Below are positions 13,313 to 25,770 of a stretch of 64,000 nucleotides of DNA, piece by piece. Within the stretch, counting starts at the first letter, position 1, and the number at the start of each line of letters is the position of its first letter. The translations under genes were made by a program, and so were the position numbers. Under the pieces are notes generated by a model that saw only the letters and a program-made list of their open reading frames with translations, was not told the origin of the DNA and made no database searches. This DNA comes from Amoebophrya sp. A120 (taxonomy: Eukaryota > Protista > Dinoflagellata). The stretch spans positions 9,150,874-9,214,873 of the forward strand of contig CAJINV010000005.1 in NCBI GenBank assembly GCA_905178155.1, in the 5' to 3' direction.

Positions 13313-16300
13313 ATGGCCCCGCCCCGCAACTGTTCGTCCTCGTTCTTCTCCTCTTCTGTCGGGAATTGTCATTCCAAGCACACTGCCTCGTGCTCGTTTC
13401 GTCTTCCGCACAAGTACTACAACCGGTGGAAACGACGCTGGCTTTTCACAGTACGGACGGTCTTTCTCATCTTCTCCTCCTCCTTCCTCACGAAAATAAC
13501 TACTACTCTAGCACAGGAACAAGTGGATCATGCTGCCGAGCAGGGAGTTGACAACAACCTTTCGCCAGCCGAACAAGACGACGATGGCCGCACCCAACCA
13601 CCATCACCGCAAAAGCAGCATTTTTTCCTCTGCGTGTTCATCCCGGTCACCAAAAAATCCAAGAAGGATGTGGAGCTGTCGAAAGTCCAACTGAAAACGT
13701 GGATGACGAGTCACAAACGACACGATGTCCGGGCGTTTTTCATCGGCGAGGTTCTGTCGGAAGAGCACAGAAGTAGAACGATATCGATCATCGGCGACGA
13801 CGAACTACCGTATGACCAGCTCCCGGTCCGGACGTTCAAGATGTGGACGTATTTAGGTTTGGGCGATTGGAAGCTTCTCGCCAGGAAAAACCGGTTTCAA
13901 TTGGAAGAGGACGATATCCCACGAAAAAACTGTTCCACTGTGATGATTTTGCAAGATCTGCATCGCAAGTTCGTTACACGTGACACAGAAAATTTGCCAT
14001 GCGCGCTTCCCTAGGGAAAGCGCTGTTGACTACCTAACCTCTTGCAGGTGTAGCAAGGCAAACACTATGGTGTTTCATTTTCTGCATCACAAGTTCACAG
14101 ACACAGTGAAGCAGTTTTTTCCTGCGATAGACGAGGCGGAAGAACATGCCAGGGTGTTGAAAGAGTACAACAGAACCGGGTATCAGCGGTATAAAAGTAG
14201 AACCTTGTGGTCGAATTTTCATGGGGAGGTATTAGATAGCGGAAATCCCTCCAGTTCCGCCACCGCTACGCAAGGAGGCGATCATACTAGTAGCGCAACA
14301 GCCCCCCCCGTCAATGATCAGCATGCAGCTACGGTGCATTACGGTGGCAGAGTGCGCGGGCGCGAGAAAATCTTCAATGGAAGCAGGACAAAATCTAAAG
14401 CCGGGCCTGCTGGTACGAGTGCAGACGTAGATATGGACCGGGAGGACTCTAGTATTGTCGACGACACATCATCATCAAGGCCTGCTAGTACTACTACTGC
14501 GACCAATCTCTGGAACAGTAGCCCGAATAAAATGAATCCAGGCACTCTTGACGCGGACGAAGATGAAGATGATCACGCCTTTTACTTGGATGACAACAAC
14601 TTAGTTATCCTGAGTAAAAACGTACCCACACCAGAGTCAGGATGGGGATTTTGCAACACAAACCTAGGAGTTTTGTGAGTCACGCATGACAAGTTGCACT
14701 ATGCAGTGTAGTGCAGGTTAGCAAGTGCAGCCGCATTACAGATTCATCTGCTCATCCTGTTCACAGCGTCACAAATTCCAAAACACGACTGGAAATAGCT
14801 CTCATGGGGATGCGCATTACAAGTCTTCCTGTCTTTGCAAATCTGCATTACAACTCTGGTGTGGGGACGTTTTTACTCAGGATATTAGTTGAGCACACGG
14901 CAGTCGACACCGAAAGGTACCTATGCGCTGCAAGAAAAGTATCGCACTCGTAGAAATTGCAGATATGCATTACAACTCTCCGCTCTCAGGTGAATCAGCA
15001 TTACAAATTCCATTTTTCCCATTGGGAATAAAACTTGTAATGCAATTTCCACTACTACGATTATACTTTTGCAATGCATAATACCATCTTTGGTCCCCCG
15101 CGTTTTCTGATCAGGTGACCTGTGATTACTACATGAAAGCGGACCCCGATTCCTACGTCAATGTCCCAGCAGTCGTCGACCGGTTGCAGTGCTTCGCAAG
15201 CGACTTTTCGGAGAAAGATAGTGGGGATGATGAAGCTGTTGTACGATTTGAAGCGCAAAAAGATGAAGCAGCAGCAGCCTCTTCATCCACCGATGCCAAC
15301 AACAACCTCGAGCAGCAGATATCCACCACCTATGACGACGAATCGACCAGAACCAACTACCCAGTGCAAGTTCAAAACAAACAATACTTCGGCGTGGTGC
15401 ACGCAGTTGCGCCCGATGAACACACAGCCCTCTTTTTCGGCCACGGCGGTAGTGGCTACATGATCAACTACAATCTCCTCCACGACAACGTGGCACAGTG
15501 GTCCATTAATTGCCTATCGGAACTGATCAAAACGAGCAACGGGGTGGGGATGGAAGACGTTCTGTTCTCCCGGTGCTTACGCGACGAATCGGACAAGAAA
15601 ATCGGGGTTTTGTCCTACGGACACACTTACACGGAGTTTATTCTCAACTTCCACCAAGCGGAAAGATACATTTTGAACGGGACGAGATTACTGCACGGCG
15701 TGGACTTATTACCCCCGCCTCTATCCAAATGCACGCTCGTCGCCCACCCGATTGAGAAGCCGCAGGATTTGGTTTTAACCCACAAGCGAATAACGGATGA
15801 TTTTTCGAAACAGCAGAAACACCTAATTGACAGCCGGGCGAGTAGATCTTTGGTTCCCCCGCATATCCTGATCGAGGAAAACGACGACAGCTGTTTTCTG
15901 CAGCCGTTTTTGATCTCCAAGCAGGCGGAGGTCCGGATCAGCAAGGGCAGCGAGTCGCAATTCAACTGGAGTAAGCCACAGATGAAGCAGCTGTACGAAT
16001 GCTACTTGAAGGTGAAAAACAACAAGGAAGGGCTAAACTACGCAACCGGGAGTTCTTCCACTTTAGCCTGTGAATGGACAGCGATTGAAAACGAGAAGTA
16101 CTACGGGTTAAAACATGCCCCGTACGCGGACGACAGTTACAAGAACTGCAAACTCGCCTGTTGCGAGTCCTTCAGTTGCGCGATCTTCCTCTTTCGGGAG
16201 CGAGACGGGTGTTGGCTGGGGCACCACGAAATTGTGGAGAAGGGGAAGTTATCAAATGTAAAAATGTCTGGGTCTGGAAACTTGTGATGCAAGTCCGTGA

Positions 16301-16947
16301 GCAATAAAGTGCTCTGTAATGCGCCGCCAAGCATGACAAGTTTTTTCGTGTTCCTGTGCTGCGTATTTCGGATGAGAAACTGCGCTTTTGCATGACAGGC
16401 AAGAGGACCTCTTGGTGGCCACGCAAGACAGAGTGCAGAGTCATGCTAGACTAGCATGACAAATCTCGCAATCTTCCGTTCCAGACATTTTTGCAGGTGA
16501 TAGAAGTCCGTGTTTGAGCCGCAGTGGCGCGGCGGGATGAAGGCGAGGTTGACACGGAGCTTGCCGGTGATGTTAACGAGGAAGTTGAGGAATTTGAGTT
16601 TAGTGGGGAGAGAAGATGGCTCTGGCTCAGATTCATCTGCAGGATCGCGTGCTGAACAAGTGCCAGCCGCTTCTGGATCCACTTCGTTGAGAACCCAGAA
16701 GCAAGTAGATTCAATTCTCGATTTCTACATAGACGACATGAGGTTTAGAAACTATGCAAATATGTTGTTGAAACAGGATGAGCTTTCTTTAAATGACTTT
16801 CACAGGAGGATTTGGAACAGGTTCGAAATGCACATGCAGATGGAGAATGGTGGACTTGGGATGCAAGGACGGGCGCAAATGTACGAGAAAAAATACAATC
16901 TGCAATCAATCGCTTCAGTGAAAGAAGCAATGCGAGCTCGCTTGTGA
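13313..16947 (+). CDS. GT31-family (fringe / core-1 beta-1,3-galactosyltransferase-like) glycosyltransferase with a C-terminal Cys-rich PAN/apple-like module
   Basis: N-terminal hydrophobic segment; FFLCVFIP..KTW; LPVRTFKMWTYL; DYYMKADPDSYVN; GGSGYMIN; EDVLFSRCL; CKLACCESFSCAIFLF..GCWLG. Four TIR introns restore the frame. Confidence 0.78.
13915..14129. mobile_element. Introner-like element, family C
   Basis: TATCCCACGAAAAAACTGTTCCACTGTG...CACAGTGAAGCAGTTTTTTCCTGCGATA; repeat GACGA/GACGA. Confidence 0.92.
14606..14884. mobile_element. Introner-like element, family D
   Basis: TATCCTGAGTAAAAACGT...ACGTTTTTACTCAGGATA; repeat TTAGT/TTAGT. Confidence 0.93.
14922..15080. mobile_element. Introner-like element, family F
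   Basis: Family F TIRs; flanks GTACC/ATACC. Confidence 0.87.
16250..16502. mobile_element. Introner-like element, family A
   Basis: Family A TIRs; repeat GAAGT/GAAGT. Confidence 0.92.
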
Positions 16948-17149
16948 TAAATAATTCTACGTTTGGTTCGCGTGGGCTTGGTACAGCGACCGATAAGTTG
17001 CGCATTTCTCGTTGAGAAAAAAGAGAAGAGTGCTGGAAAGGAGTGCTAGGTGTGAGTGATGGCCAAATGGGTCGAGGCATCTTGTTGAGAGTGAGTGAAA
17101 ATGGCGAGCGTTTCAAGCTTACTGATTATTGGGACTGCATGAGTGCCAC

Positions 17150-19100
17150 TGGTAGAGATAGAGACGCGTGCTGCTTCCGGCACGCGCGGAACAGCGAGCA
17201 CGGGCGGCCAGGAATTTCCTCCGCATATTAAGGGCGGCGCTACCGAAGGGCCTGCATCGGCCGCGGGGGCGCGCGGCGGATGTGCGCGGGCCCTGGGGAG
17301 TAATACTTTTGCGCCCGGAAATGTTTCGGGCACAGCGCGCACGTCAGAAAGCCACGGCACCAGGTTCCACCGCGGCCGCATTCGTCAACGTTCCCTGTGC
17401 GGCGAGCCTCGGGAAAACGGCAGGCCGGGCGTGCCGCGTGTGTCCCGCGGGCGGCGGCTGGGCCGCGTGTGTTTCCTTCTTTTTTCTGCGCGCTGTGCCT
17501 GCGCGCTTTGCTTCGAGCCTCCGGGCGTGCCGCCCTTTGTTCGGTATCCGCGACCGGCCCGCCCCGCTTGCCTGCGTCGCTCGGCCGCCCTGCCGCGCAT
17601 CAAGTGCGCTGCGGCCAAATGTATGCCCCGCCCCCGCCGGGGTCTGCGGGCCTCTTTGTTGGTGGCCCCCCCCGCCTGTGACCGCGGGAAGAGCCCCTGG
17701 CGCTGCCGGTGAATCGGGGGCCGCCGCTTTTTCGGCCGGCCTGGCCCATCGTTTAGCTGTCGTTGAGACTTTTTGCGCGCCCGCAAACGAAGGCGCGTCT
17801 GATAGAAGACGCGAAAGTCGCAGCCATCGCGACTCGGGTACGTATTGCATTGCCCTGGTGTGTTCGTACAATAAAAGGCACTGAGCGAACTTGTCGCGCA
17901 GCGCGAGTTCTAGCGAGAGGCGGGCAAAGGAGAAGAGAGACTGCGTCAGCCTGTTGGCCTGAAAGAGAGCTCGGCGGCAGTGAGTCAGTGGAGTGTGGTT
18001 ATTTCAAGTAGTTTTCCTTAATGCCGGCGGCTTGACAAACATAGACAAACCCCGCCGCGCGGGTGTAGTGTGGCACTTCGGCCGGTGCGCTGCGCGCCCT
18101 AAGCCTTTGACTGCGGGCGGCATGGCGCTCGCGCCGGCGCAGCGCATTGCCGGGCCCGAGACCGCGCGGCCCGTTTGTGGGATTTCTTTGCGCCGCGCCC
18201 CGCCGGCCATGTGAATGCTTTCGCGCGCGGCCATCCCTTGCCCCCAGCGGGCCGGCCGATCGGGCTGCGCACTTTGCCCGCTGCCAGGCAGCGCGGTGGA
18301 AGAAGGCGCCTGCGGACGGCGGGAAGGGCGGGGAGCTGATGGCGGGGCCCGTGGTTTTGCTTTTGTAGCGGAAGGATGGCGGGGCCGTGCGCCGAACGAG
18401 AGCGAGGCGGCCCCCTCCAGTGTGCGAGCAAGTAGCAGCATGGGCTCGAGCCGGCTGCTATTGCAGGACGCGCGTGGGGCCGGCTGCTACTGCGGAGCTC
18501 AACCCCAGAAGGCCCGCCAAACAGTGTTCCTGTCCCGTCCGATATTTACGCCCCCGCGTGCGAATTTAATGGAAACGTGGACGAAACAGCATTTGTAGCG
18601 AGGCAACAACGGTGGCGGGGGCGGCGGTGGGGATGGTGGGCCATACGGGGGCGGTTATGGTCCCGCGCCGCCTGCTTCCTTTTCCTGCATTCTCCTGGCG
18701 GCGCAGGCAGCTGGCGCCGGCGGCGGTGCCTCTGGTGGGGCGGCGCCTAAAGATGTAGCCGCGGCGGGGACGCCGGGGCGCCCGCGGTGTTGGGAATGCG
18801 GTCACCAAGCGCCCCCCCCGGGTGGCCCTTATATTGTTGGCCCGGCGTCGCGAAGCGTGTGCCGTGATGGACCTGCCTGGGCATTTTCCGCCGCGCTGAT
18901 GCGGTTTTGCTCGGTCTCGTGATTATAGCAGCAGACCTGGTGGCAGCAGGCGCGGCCAACTTCGTCGCCGATGCGGTGCCGCGCGTACGTTGTTGCGTCG
19001 CTTCTTTGAATTGAAAGTTATCCGGCGGCGACTTGGCTTCGGCCTGGCGGAGCGCTCGAAAAAGGGCATTGCCTTCGTGTTCGGGATGGAGCGAAGCCAC
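17150..19100. other. GC-rich intergenic island
   Basis: Same composition as 11220-13120; lies upstream of the gene at 19280. Confidence 0.68.
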
Positions 19101-19279
19101 TGTCTGTGAGCTGGGGTGTTTCCTGTATGCAGGCCTCCGTATGCTTGAGCTCTATTCAGCATTCTCTTCGAGGACACAGTATTTAGCAAATGAAGATTAT
19201 TAGCTTGTTTGATAAAGTCGATTGGTCCGCTTAAGCACTACTAGAACAGACTACAGCACTATCACAAACACACACAAAA

Positions 19280-20282
19280 ATGTTCCAGCCCTTTATTCCC
19301 GCAACCGGCACCAGCAGTAGCAGCTCCAGCACTGCGTCTTTCCCGATCCCAGCTGCCCCTTCCACCTACAGCAGCGATGTGTTCGTCCTGTCTGCAACTA
19401 CAGCCTTCTCCGCAGCTGCCCATGGAGGTTCGGCCCTGTATAGTAACGCAGACATAGCATCAAGCAGGGCCTACAGCACTGCGGAAATTGTACACGACCC
19501 CAAGAAGAGCCATACAACGAACCCTGTCGTTCGGGAAGTGCAAAAAAACAGCTTCCGGGAAATCATCGACGAGCAAAACCCAAATTTCCATTTCGAAGGG
19601 CAGCACCAGACTACCCTCCTCACCCCGGATGAGGAAAAACAACTTTTGGAGGAGGAAATCCAGGAGTTGGAACAGTCCCTCGAGTTCACGAAAAACGAAA
19701 TTTCCCGACTGGAGCAAGGCATCGCGGATTTGAAACAGCAGCACGAAGCGCGGATGAAAAAACTGGTGCAGGAGCAAAGGCGACGGAAACAGAAGCGGCA
19801 GAAAAATCGTGAGGAGTTGAATTTGGATTTCGAGATAAACACCGAGTCGCTGTACAGGAACGATGAGAAGACTGCGTCGTATGGGACGTCGAGTACAAAT
19901 GCGAATTCCGGTACTGGAAACATCGAATATCAAGTGTAAAAGTGTCTGGGTCTGGAAGGATGTAACTTGTGATGCTGCATTGATTTGGATTCCAAGAAAA
20001 TCTGTATTGCACGAGCAGCAAAGGGAATGTAATTTTTGCGACGCAGAGAGGGCATTTGTTATGCGGAACAGGCATCAAGAAGCCCTCAAACAATCGGTGA
20101 TGCTAGGGCATGCATCACTGACATCATGGCTCATGCAAAACGTGCATGACAGGTCTCAGAATCTTGCAGACCCAGACATATTTGCAGTTGATATCGAAAG
20201 TGAAACTGCGACAACGCCAACCGGCGGGGGAACCAGCACAGGAGAGGACACGGCTGAAGACGTACTTTTTTTCAGATTGTGA
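19280..20282 (+). CDS. Hypothetical coiled-coil protein
   Basis: ATG at 19280; E/Q/K-rich heptad region (EKQLLEEEIQELEQSLE..); removing element 19928-20193 gives NIE-SETATT...FFRL stop. Confidence 0.7.
19928..20193. mobile_element. Introner-like element, family A
   Basis: Family A TIRs; repeat TCGAA/TCGAA. Confidence 0.92.
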
Positions 20283-20714
20283 TCTGGTAACCAAATGCGT
20301 GCGCGCGCGATATTGCTTAGCAAACGCAGCGCGAAGGCAGTTGCCGTTACCATATAGGGCAACCGCCGGGAGGCGTGAAGGTCAGGGAAATGGCCAGAAA
20401 TGAAGCGGGAAAAGGGAAAAAAAGCGGACCAGATGGGAAAATGGCCAGGAGGAAAATGGCCATGTCGCAAAAATGGCAGAAACCAAGCGGGAGAAGGTAA
20501 AAAAAGAGCATTTTTGCGGCTTGGCCCACTTAGTATCTGAAAAAAAGACGGAGTATTTTTTGCTTCGCCCGCTGGGCAGCTGCGTTGGAGCAGCAGGTCC
20601 GCGACCTGTCCGGAAGCCTTGGGCCGCTTCGTAATTGGAAAAAGTTGGAAAAAAATGGCAAAAAGTTGCGTCATAACGTGGGTGGAAGCAATCGTCGGAT
20701 TTTGTGCAGATCAC

Positions 20715-21120
20715 GCGGGCCACTTAGAAAATGAAAAAAGATGAGAAATTGCGCAAAAGCGCAATCCCTCCGCAGGCTTCAAAACTGCCAGTCAGATGCG
20801 GGCGGTGAAAGTGTGCAGGTCGCCCGGGCCACTTAGTAAATGGAAAAAGAGAAAAAACTGCGCAAAAGCGCAATCCCTCCGCAGGCTTCAAAACTGCCAG
20901 CCAGATGCGGGCGGCGAAAATGTCCAGGTCGCCCGGGCCACTTGGAAACCAGAAAAAGATGAGAAATTGCGCAAAGGCGCAATACCTCCGCAGGCTTCAA
21001 AACTGCCAGCCAGATGCGGGCGGCGAAAATGTCCGAAGCCCTTCGGCCGCCTAAAAACCTGAAAAAAGAGCGAAAATTAAAAAAAATCGAGAACCCTCGG
21101 CAGGCTTACAAACTGGCCGC
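20715..21120. repeat. Tandem repeat, 109-bp unit, about 3.5 copies
   Basis: GCAAT(C/A)CCTCCGCAGGCTTCAAAACTGCCAG recurs at 20761, 20870 and 20979. Confidence 0.9.
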
Positions 21121-22348
21121 CAAGGGCGGTCCGGCGGGCGCGTGGTCGCGCCGTGCCATCGCGATTGGGAAAAAAAAGTCGGACTAGAAGCGGGCGGAGG
21201 CATGTCACAAAATCCCTACTCGCCCGGGGTTGGGAGCACAAATTCGGCACCTCCGCCGCGTCTGAAATGCCCGATTTTTGTGGCCCGGAAGGGTCCGCGG
21301 ATTTTCGGCTTTCCGCAGATACCTTCCTGGCCAGGGGGCCAGTTTGTCATGCAGTGGCTAGAAAGGATGCCCCGCTGCCACATTGCTGGATTTCGCATTC
21401 AATGCGTCTCGCATTGAATAGAAATCCGGAAACCACCGATGACCCAGATGCCTTCCTGGCCAGGGGGCCAGTTTGTCATGCAGGGGGCTTGAAGAAGAAG
21501 GAGTGGGACTTTGCTTGAAAATAAATGGCGCCAAAGCGCGGCCCGCCTTTCGCCGCGCGGCTGGTTAGGCTTTCGCGCTGGTTAGATTTTCGCGCACGCA
21601 TTTGGTTACCAATATCGCCCTCCGGGCGCGACCTTCATACAGATGACCACCCTCTGCGAAAAGGGCAGTGCAGTTTGTCATGCTATTGATCATTACAGAA
21701 GCTGAAATTCGTTCTCAATGTGTTAAAAACCACAGATCGCCGTCGCGGAAGAGCAGAACGGAAAACTGTTGGATTTGCGACGTGGTTGCGTGGACCTGTT
21801 GCAGGCGCTGTCATCAGGCATCAACATCGAGGAAGGTCCGGGGGGGATGCATGCGTTGCTGGAGAAGTATGAATGTTTGGTCGAGGAGATGCGGTGAGCA
21901 GGAGGTCAAAGACAAAGACTGTATGATGTATGAGCTAGCTGTGAACTGCTCCTCCGCGATAAAATGAACTAGAAGAAGACCGCAAGAGAAGATTCGTGCC
22001 TCCGTCTTTTGTCCGAGGCTGTAGTCTTTGTAGGATGGAAGAATGAAGATCAACAGAAAAATATAGCTCACGATAACAGTTGAAGGAGCCAAGGAAAAAG
22101 CACGGGGGTACAACGTGCCGACGGCTCATTGTGCCGGGTAGTTGTTCCTTTATTTTTCAACCGCACTACGAAGAGTTACAGTTACTCACCAAAAATCACG
22201 AGCGGAGAGCAGAGGTTCCTGCGTTCTTGGTTTATGATGCTTGTGTGTTTCGCTTTTCTACTTTTTCCTCCGGGACCGACGAGTAGAAACAGAATTTCAG
22301 ACAAATGTGACGAACATTTTGTTGCTCATCGCAAGGGCTTTTACCAAG

Positions 22349-24397
22349 ATGCCTTCCTCCCGTCGTAACAACAAGTCTTCCAAGCGGGACCAGCAGTCCT
22401 CTGACGATGAGGAGGAGGATGACTGTTGCTGTTTCGCCCAGAATTCTACGACGCAACTCTTCGTCACCGCCTTTGTGCTCTTCTTCCTTGCGGTGTGTGG
22501 GGGAATTGCGGCGGCGGCGCTCGGGTCCCAACGCTGCTGCGGGTCGGCATGGACGAATGAGGATCACGTGTCTTTAGCCTGTTCTGCGGTGTACCGGAGT
22601 TGCTATGACGTGACGCGAGCGGCTTTGGGCGTCGGGATGAGCGCCGTGTCCTTGATGCTGATCGGGTATGTAGATACTTACCACGTAGGAGTTTTTTTTT
22701 GCATCGAGTGCTGTATGTGCAAGACAAAGTTGATTTGTCATGCAGAAAGCCGAATTACATGTAAGTACAAACTCAGGTTCATCATGCTCGGAATCGCCTG
22801 CCACTGTCAACACCAGCGGCGCATGGACAAGAAGGCGCAGCGGCGGGAAGCGAACAAAAAGTATAGGCAGCGTACGTGTTTGTCATGCAGAGCCTGCATG
22901 AGCGTGTAAATTTGCAGAGAATTTGTCATGCTGACAATCGCAGCATAATACGGGAACAAAAAGATTTTCGCATCTTCCAACATACAGGTACGAATTCAAA
23001 ACGGAGCAGAAACGCCTTCGGAAACAAGAAGCCGCTGCAGACCACCAGGAGATTGAAATGCGCGGCGCGGTCACCCCGCCCAGCAGATCCGCTCGAGGGT
23101 TATTGAACCCGGCCATACCGCTATCGCAAGAAAAAACTGTTTCACTTGTGATGCAGAAAATGGATCGCATAAGTGTGTGTCGTGCTACACATGCAAGACA
23201 GTGAGTTTCTAGCTGTACTTTCCCTTAGGAACCCCGCATGACAGATTTTCAGTGTCATGCGTATACAAACTTGTGATGCAGATTTTGCAAAATCACCACA
23301 GTGAAACAGTTTTTTCTTGGGATAACCGCCGCCAACTTACCAGCAACAACCGTACGTGCAACACGGAGGACCACCGCCAGCACCAATGTACACGCCGCGG
23401 GGAGTGAACCTACGTGGTCCACCACCACCACCTCCGCCGGAACACCAAACTTCCTATCAGTACTCCTCTCAGCAAGTCGGGTACAACCCGTCAGCAGAAC
23501 ACCAGCACCAGCATCACACAATCCCGGCGCCACAGTTAGTCGTCCAGCGATCCCCCCGGGGGGAACAAGTCGTGCACCAGATGCGATCGCCGAGGTATAC
23601 TCCGGCGGAACATCACGGTTCCAGCTACCCGGTTGTGCAGGAGACTATCCGAAGTCAGCGGGTTGTGCCGGTTGGGCATCATCAGCCGCGGTCGGGCAGG
23701 AGTATGACTCCGCCAGTATCTTCGCGTGGAAGACACCAGGTGGTCTACGGGGCGCCATATTACAAGGAAAAATGCCCCCACCCTGAACTTGGCAGCATTT
23801 GTATTGCAAACCTTTCTAATGGAAACATTCCCCGTCTTGCATCTATCAGCATCACAAATTTGCCATGCTGAATAGCTCAAATTTGTGTTGCAAAGGAGCC
23901 CAACAGCAGCCGGATCTGTTATGCAAAAGATACCTTGCGCACCTAGAGCTAGATTCTGCATCAGAGAGGCTCGTAGTCCTTTCATGCAAGGCAAAAAGCG
24001 TTCATTTGGAAACTTTGCTTGAGAAACTTTCGCAGATTCCGGGATGGGGGCATTTTTCATTGTAATACGCCGCAGTTCGGAGGCGGGCCGCAGATTGTGC
24101 CGTCCGCGCCGGTATGGATTGTAAAAATGTCTGGGTCTGGAAGGGTTGGAACTTGTGATGCAAACTCTGGAACACACAAAAATTTGTGTTGCATGAGCGC
24201 CAAAAGCTGTCCATTTCTTGGCACACGAGTAGGAGGTTTCTCATGCGGGACAGGCATCATGAGGCGTGCTCAAAACCTGTGATGCTTTTGCCTGCATCAG
24301 ACGCCATTTGCGTGATCCGAAATATGCATGACAAATCTCGCGATCTTCCAGACCCAGACATTTTTACATTTGATAGTCGGGGGCGGGATACCACTAG
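22349..24397 (+). CDS. Hypothetical two-TM membrane protein with a Pro/Gln/Tyr-rich C-terminal tail
   Basis: ATG 22349; hydrophobic LFVTAFVLFFLAVCGGIAAAALG and AALGVGMSAVSLMLIGFIMLGIAC; GT-AG introns 22666-22776 and 22861-22987; three TIR introns; stop TAG 24395-24397. Confidence 0.72.
23122..23324. mobile_element. Introner-like element, family C (opposite orientation to 13915)
   Basis: TATCGCAAGAAAAAACTGTTTCAC...GTGAAACAGTTTTTTCTTGGGATA; repeat ACCGC/ACCGC. Confidence 0.92.
23758..24067. mobile_element. Introner-like element, family H
   Basis: TATTACAAGGAAAAATGCCCCCA...TGGGGGCATTTTTCATTGTAATA; flanks CGCCA/CGCCG. Confidence 0.88.
24113..24375. mobile_element. Introner-like element, family A
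   Basis: Family A TIRs; flanks GCCGG/GTCGG. Confidence 0.9.
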
Positions 24398-25530
24398 ACT
24401 TTTATGAGCAAGAACACTTCTTCTGCTCTGAGGGAGTCCGAACAAAATCGCCTAACCCTGGTCTTCTTCCAAACAGCGCGAGTATGAAAATTACGTATAA
24501 AGGCAGTTCACCAGCAGTCCTTGTTTCACACAAAGAACGATCCGCCCTCCAACATACAAACGATTTTCAGCTGCAATAAGTACAACAACTTCTGAACAAG
24601 AACCACCATATGAGATGAAGATGGACGAAATTCTTTTGCAACAACTTGACTTTTTGCTAATCGCCGGCATTTGCTAGATTTCCCACGATCCTCCACCGAG
24701 TTCAAAGTTCTTTCTCATCGAGCGCCTGCGCGGTACTAGAGGTCTCGATCGATTTTGAAAAGATGAAGAATTAGTGGCAAAGAGCAAGCAGCTGTAGCAA
24801 ACCAAAAAAGCTATAGAACAATCTTACGGCGAGGAACTACTCCGAGAAGATAGTACATGGTACTAGTTGTAACAAGCCATTTAGAACCTTTACAAGATCA
24901 TCGCTTGATGAAGATATCAACCGAAGATTAGAGATCTATGCTAAAAAGACACACTCTCAATCGTAGTTGCGGTTTGTCACTGCAAGGGATATTAGTTTTG
25001 TCAAGAAGCAACTGTGGAAAAAAAGCGCCATCGTTGCTCTAGGATATCAAATGAATTTTTCTGAATGAGTATTTTTGTCTATAGGTGCTGTCAGCACCGA
25101 TCTAGGACGAAAAGTGTTGATACAAGGCGGGTTGAAAAAATATTTTGGTGGAGAGAACTCCATCCTAGTTGCGGGAACGCGTTGCTAGATGCCTGCACCT
25201 GTTCGGCCAGATGAGATCGTCGCCAACTGTGTCAGATCTGCGCGCATAATTCTCCGTCGTCTTCAAGAGTTCAAACCGGCCACAAAGCTGAACGCTTTTC
25301 AAATTTGATTGCTGCCACTATCGCTTGCTTCACAAATCACAGTCTCTACCCTTAGTAGCTTTTATTTCTGTCGTGTGTAGCTTGGTTTAATCCCCGTTTT
25401 TATCTGGTGCCTCTGATTAGTCAATTCAAAACTACAACCGCTTGTCAAAAGTCTCTTGACTTTGTAGTGAGTTGGATTTTAACCACTCACTACAATTTTC
25501 TACCAAGAATCATGAGCATCCCTGTCTAGA

Positions 25531-25701
25531 TATCCCACAGAAAAAGACCGACAGGTCATATTTGTAATGCAAAAATAAATACACAGGAAAGTCTGTCATG
25601 GGCGAGGCCATAACATCCTGTTTAGGGCATGCAATACAGATTTTTTTGTCTATTTATTTTTGCATTACAAATATGACCTGTCGGTCTTTTTCTGGGGGAT
25701 A
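25531..25701. mobile_element. Foldback element, family G, upstream of the GET3 ATG
   Basis: Long TIR TATCCCACAGAAAAAGACCGACAGGTCATATTTGTAATGCAAAAATAAATA and its reverse complement; repeat CTAGA/CTAGA. Confidence 0.92.
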
Positions 25702-25770
25702 CTAGAATCCCCCACGTCGACCAGTCGAACACAACTTGTTCGATATTAACACCTCCGACAAGAAATAACT

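Noticed and set aside
25512-25529. ATG 25512 as the Get3 start
   Set aside because: Closed by TAG after five codons; the Get3 frame also has a stop at 25747.
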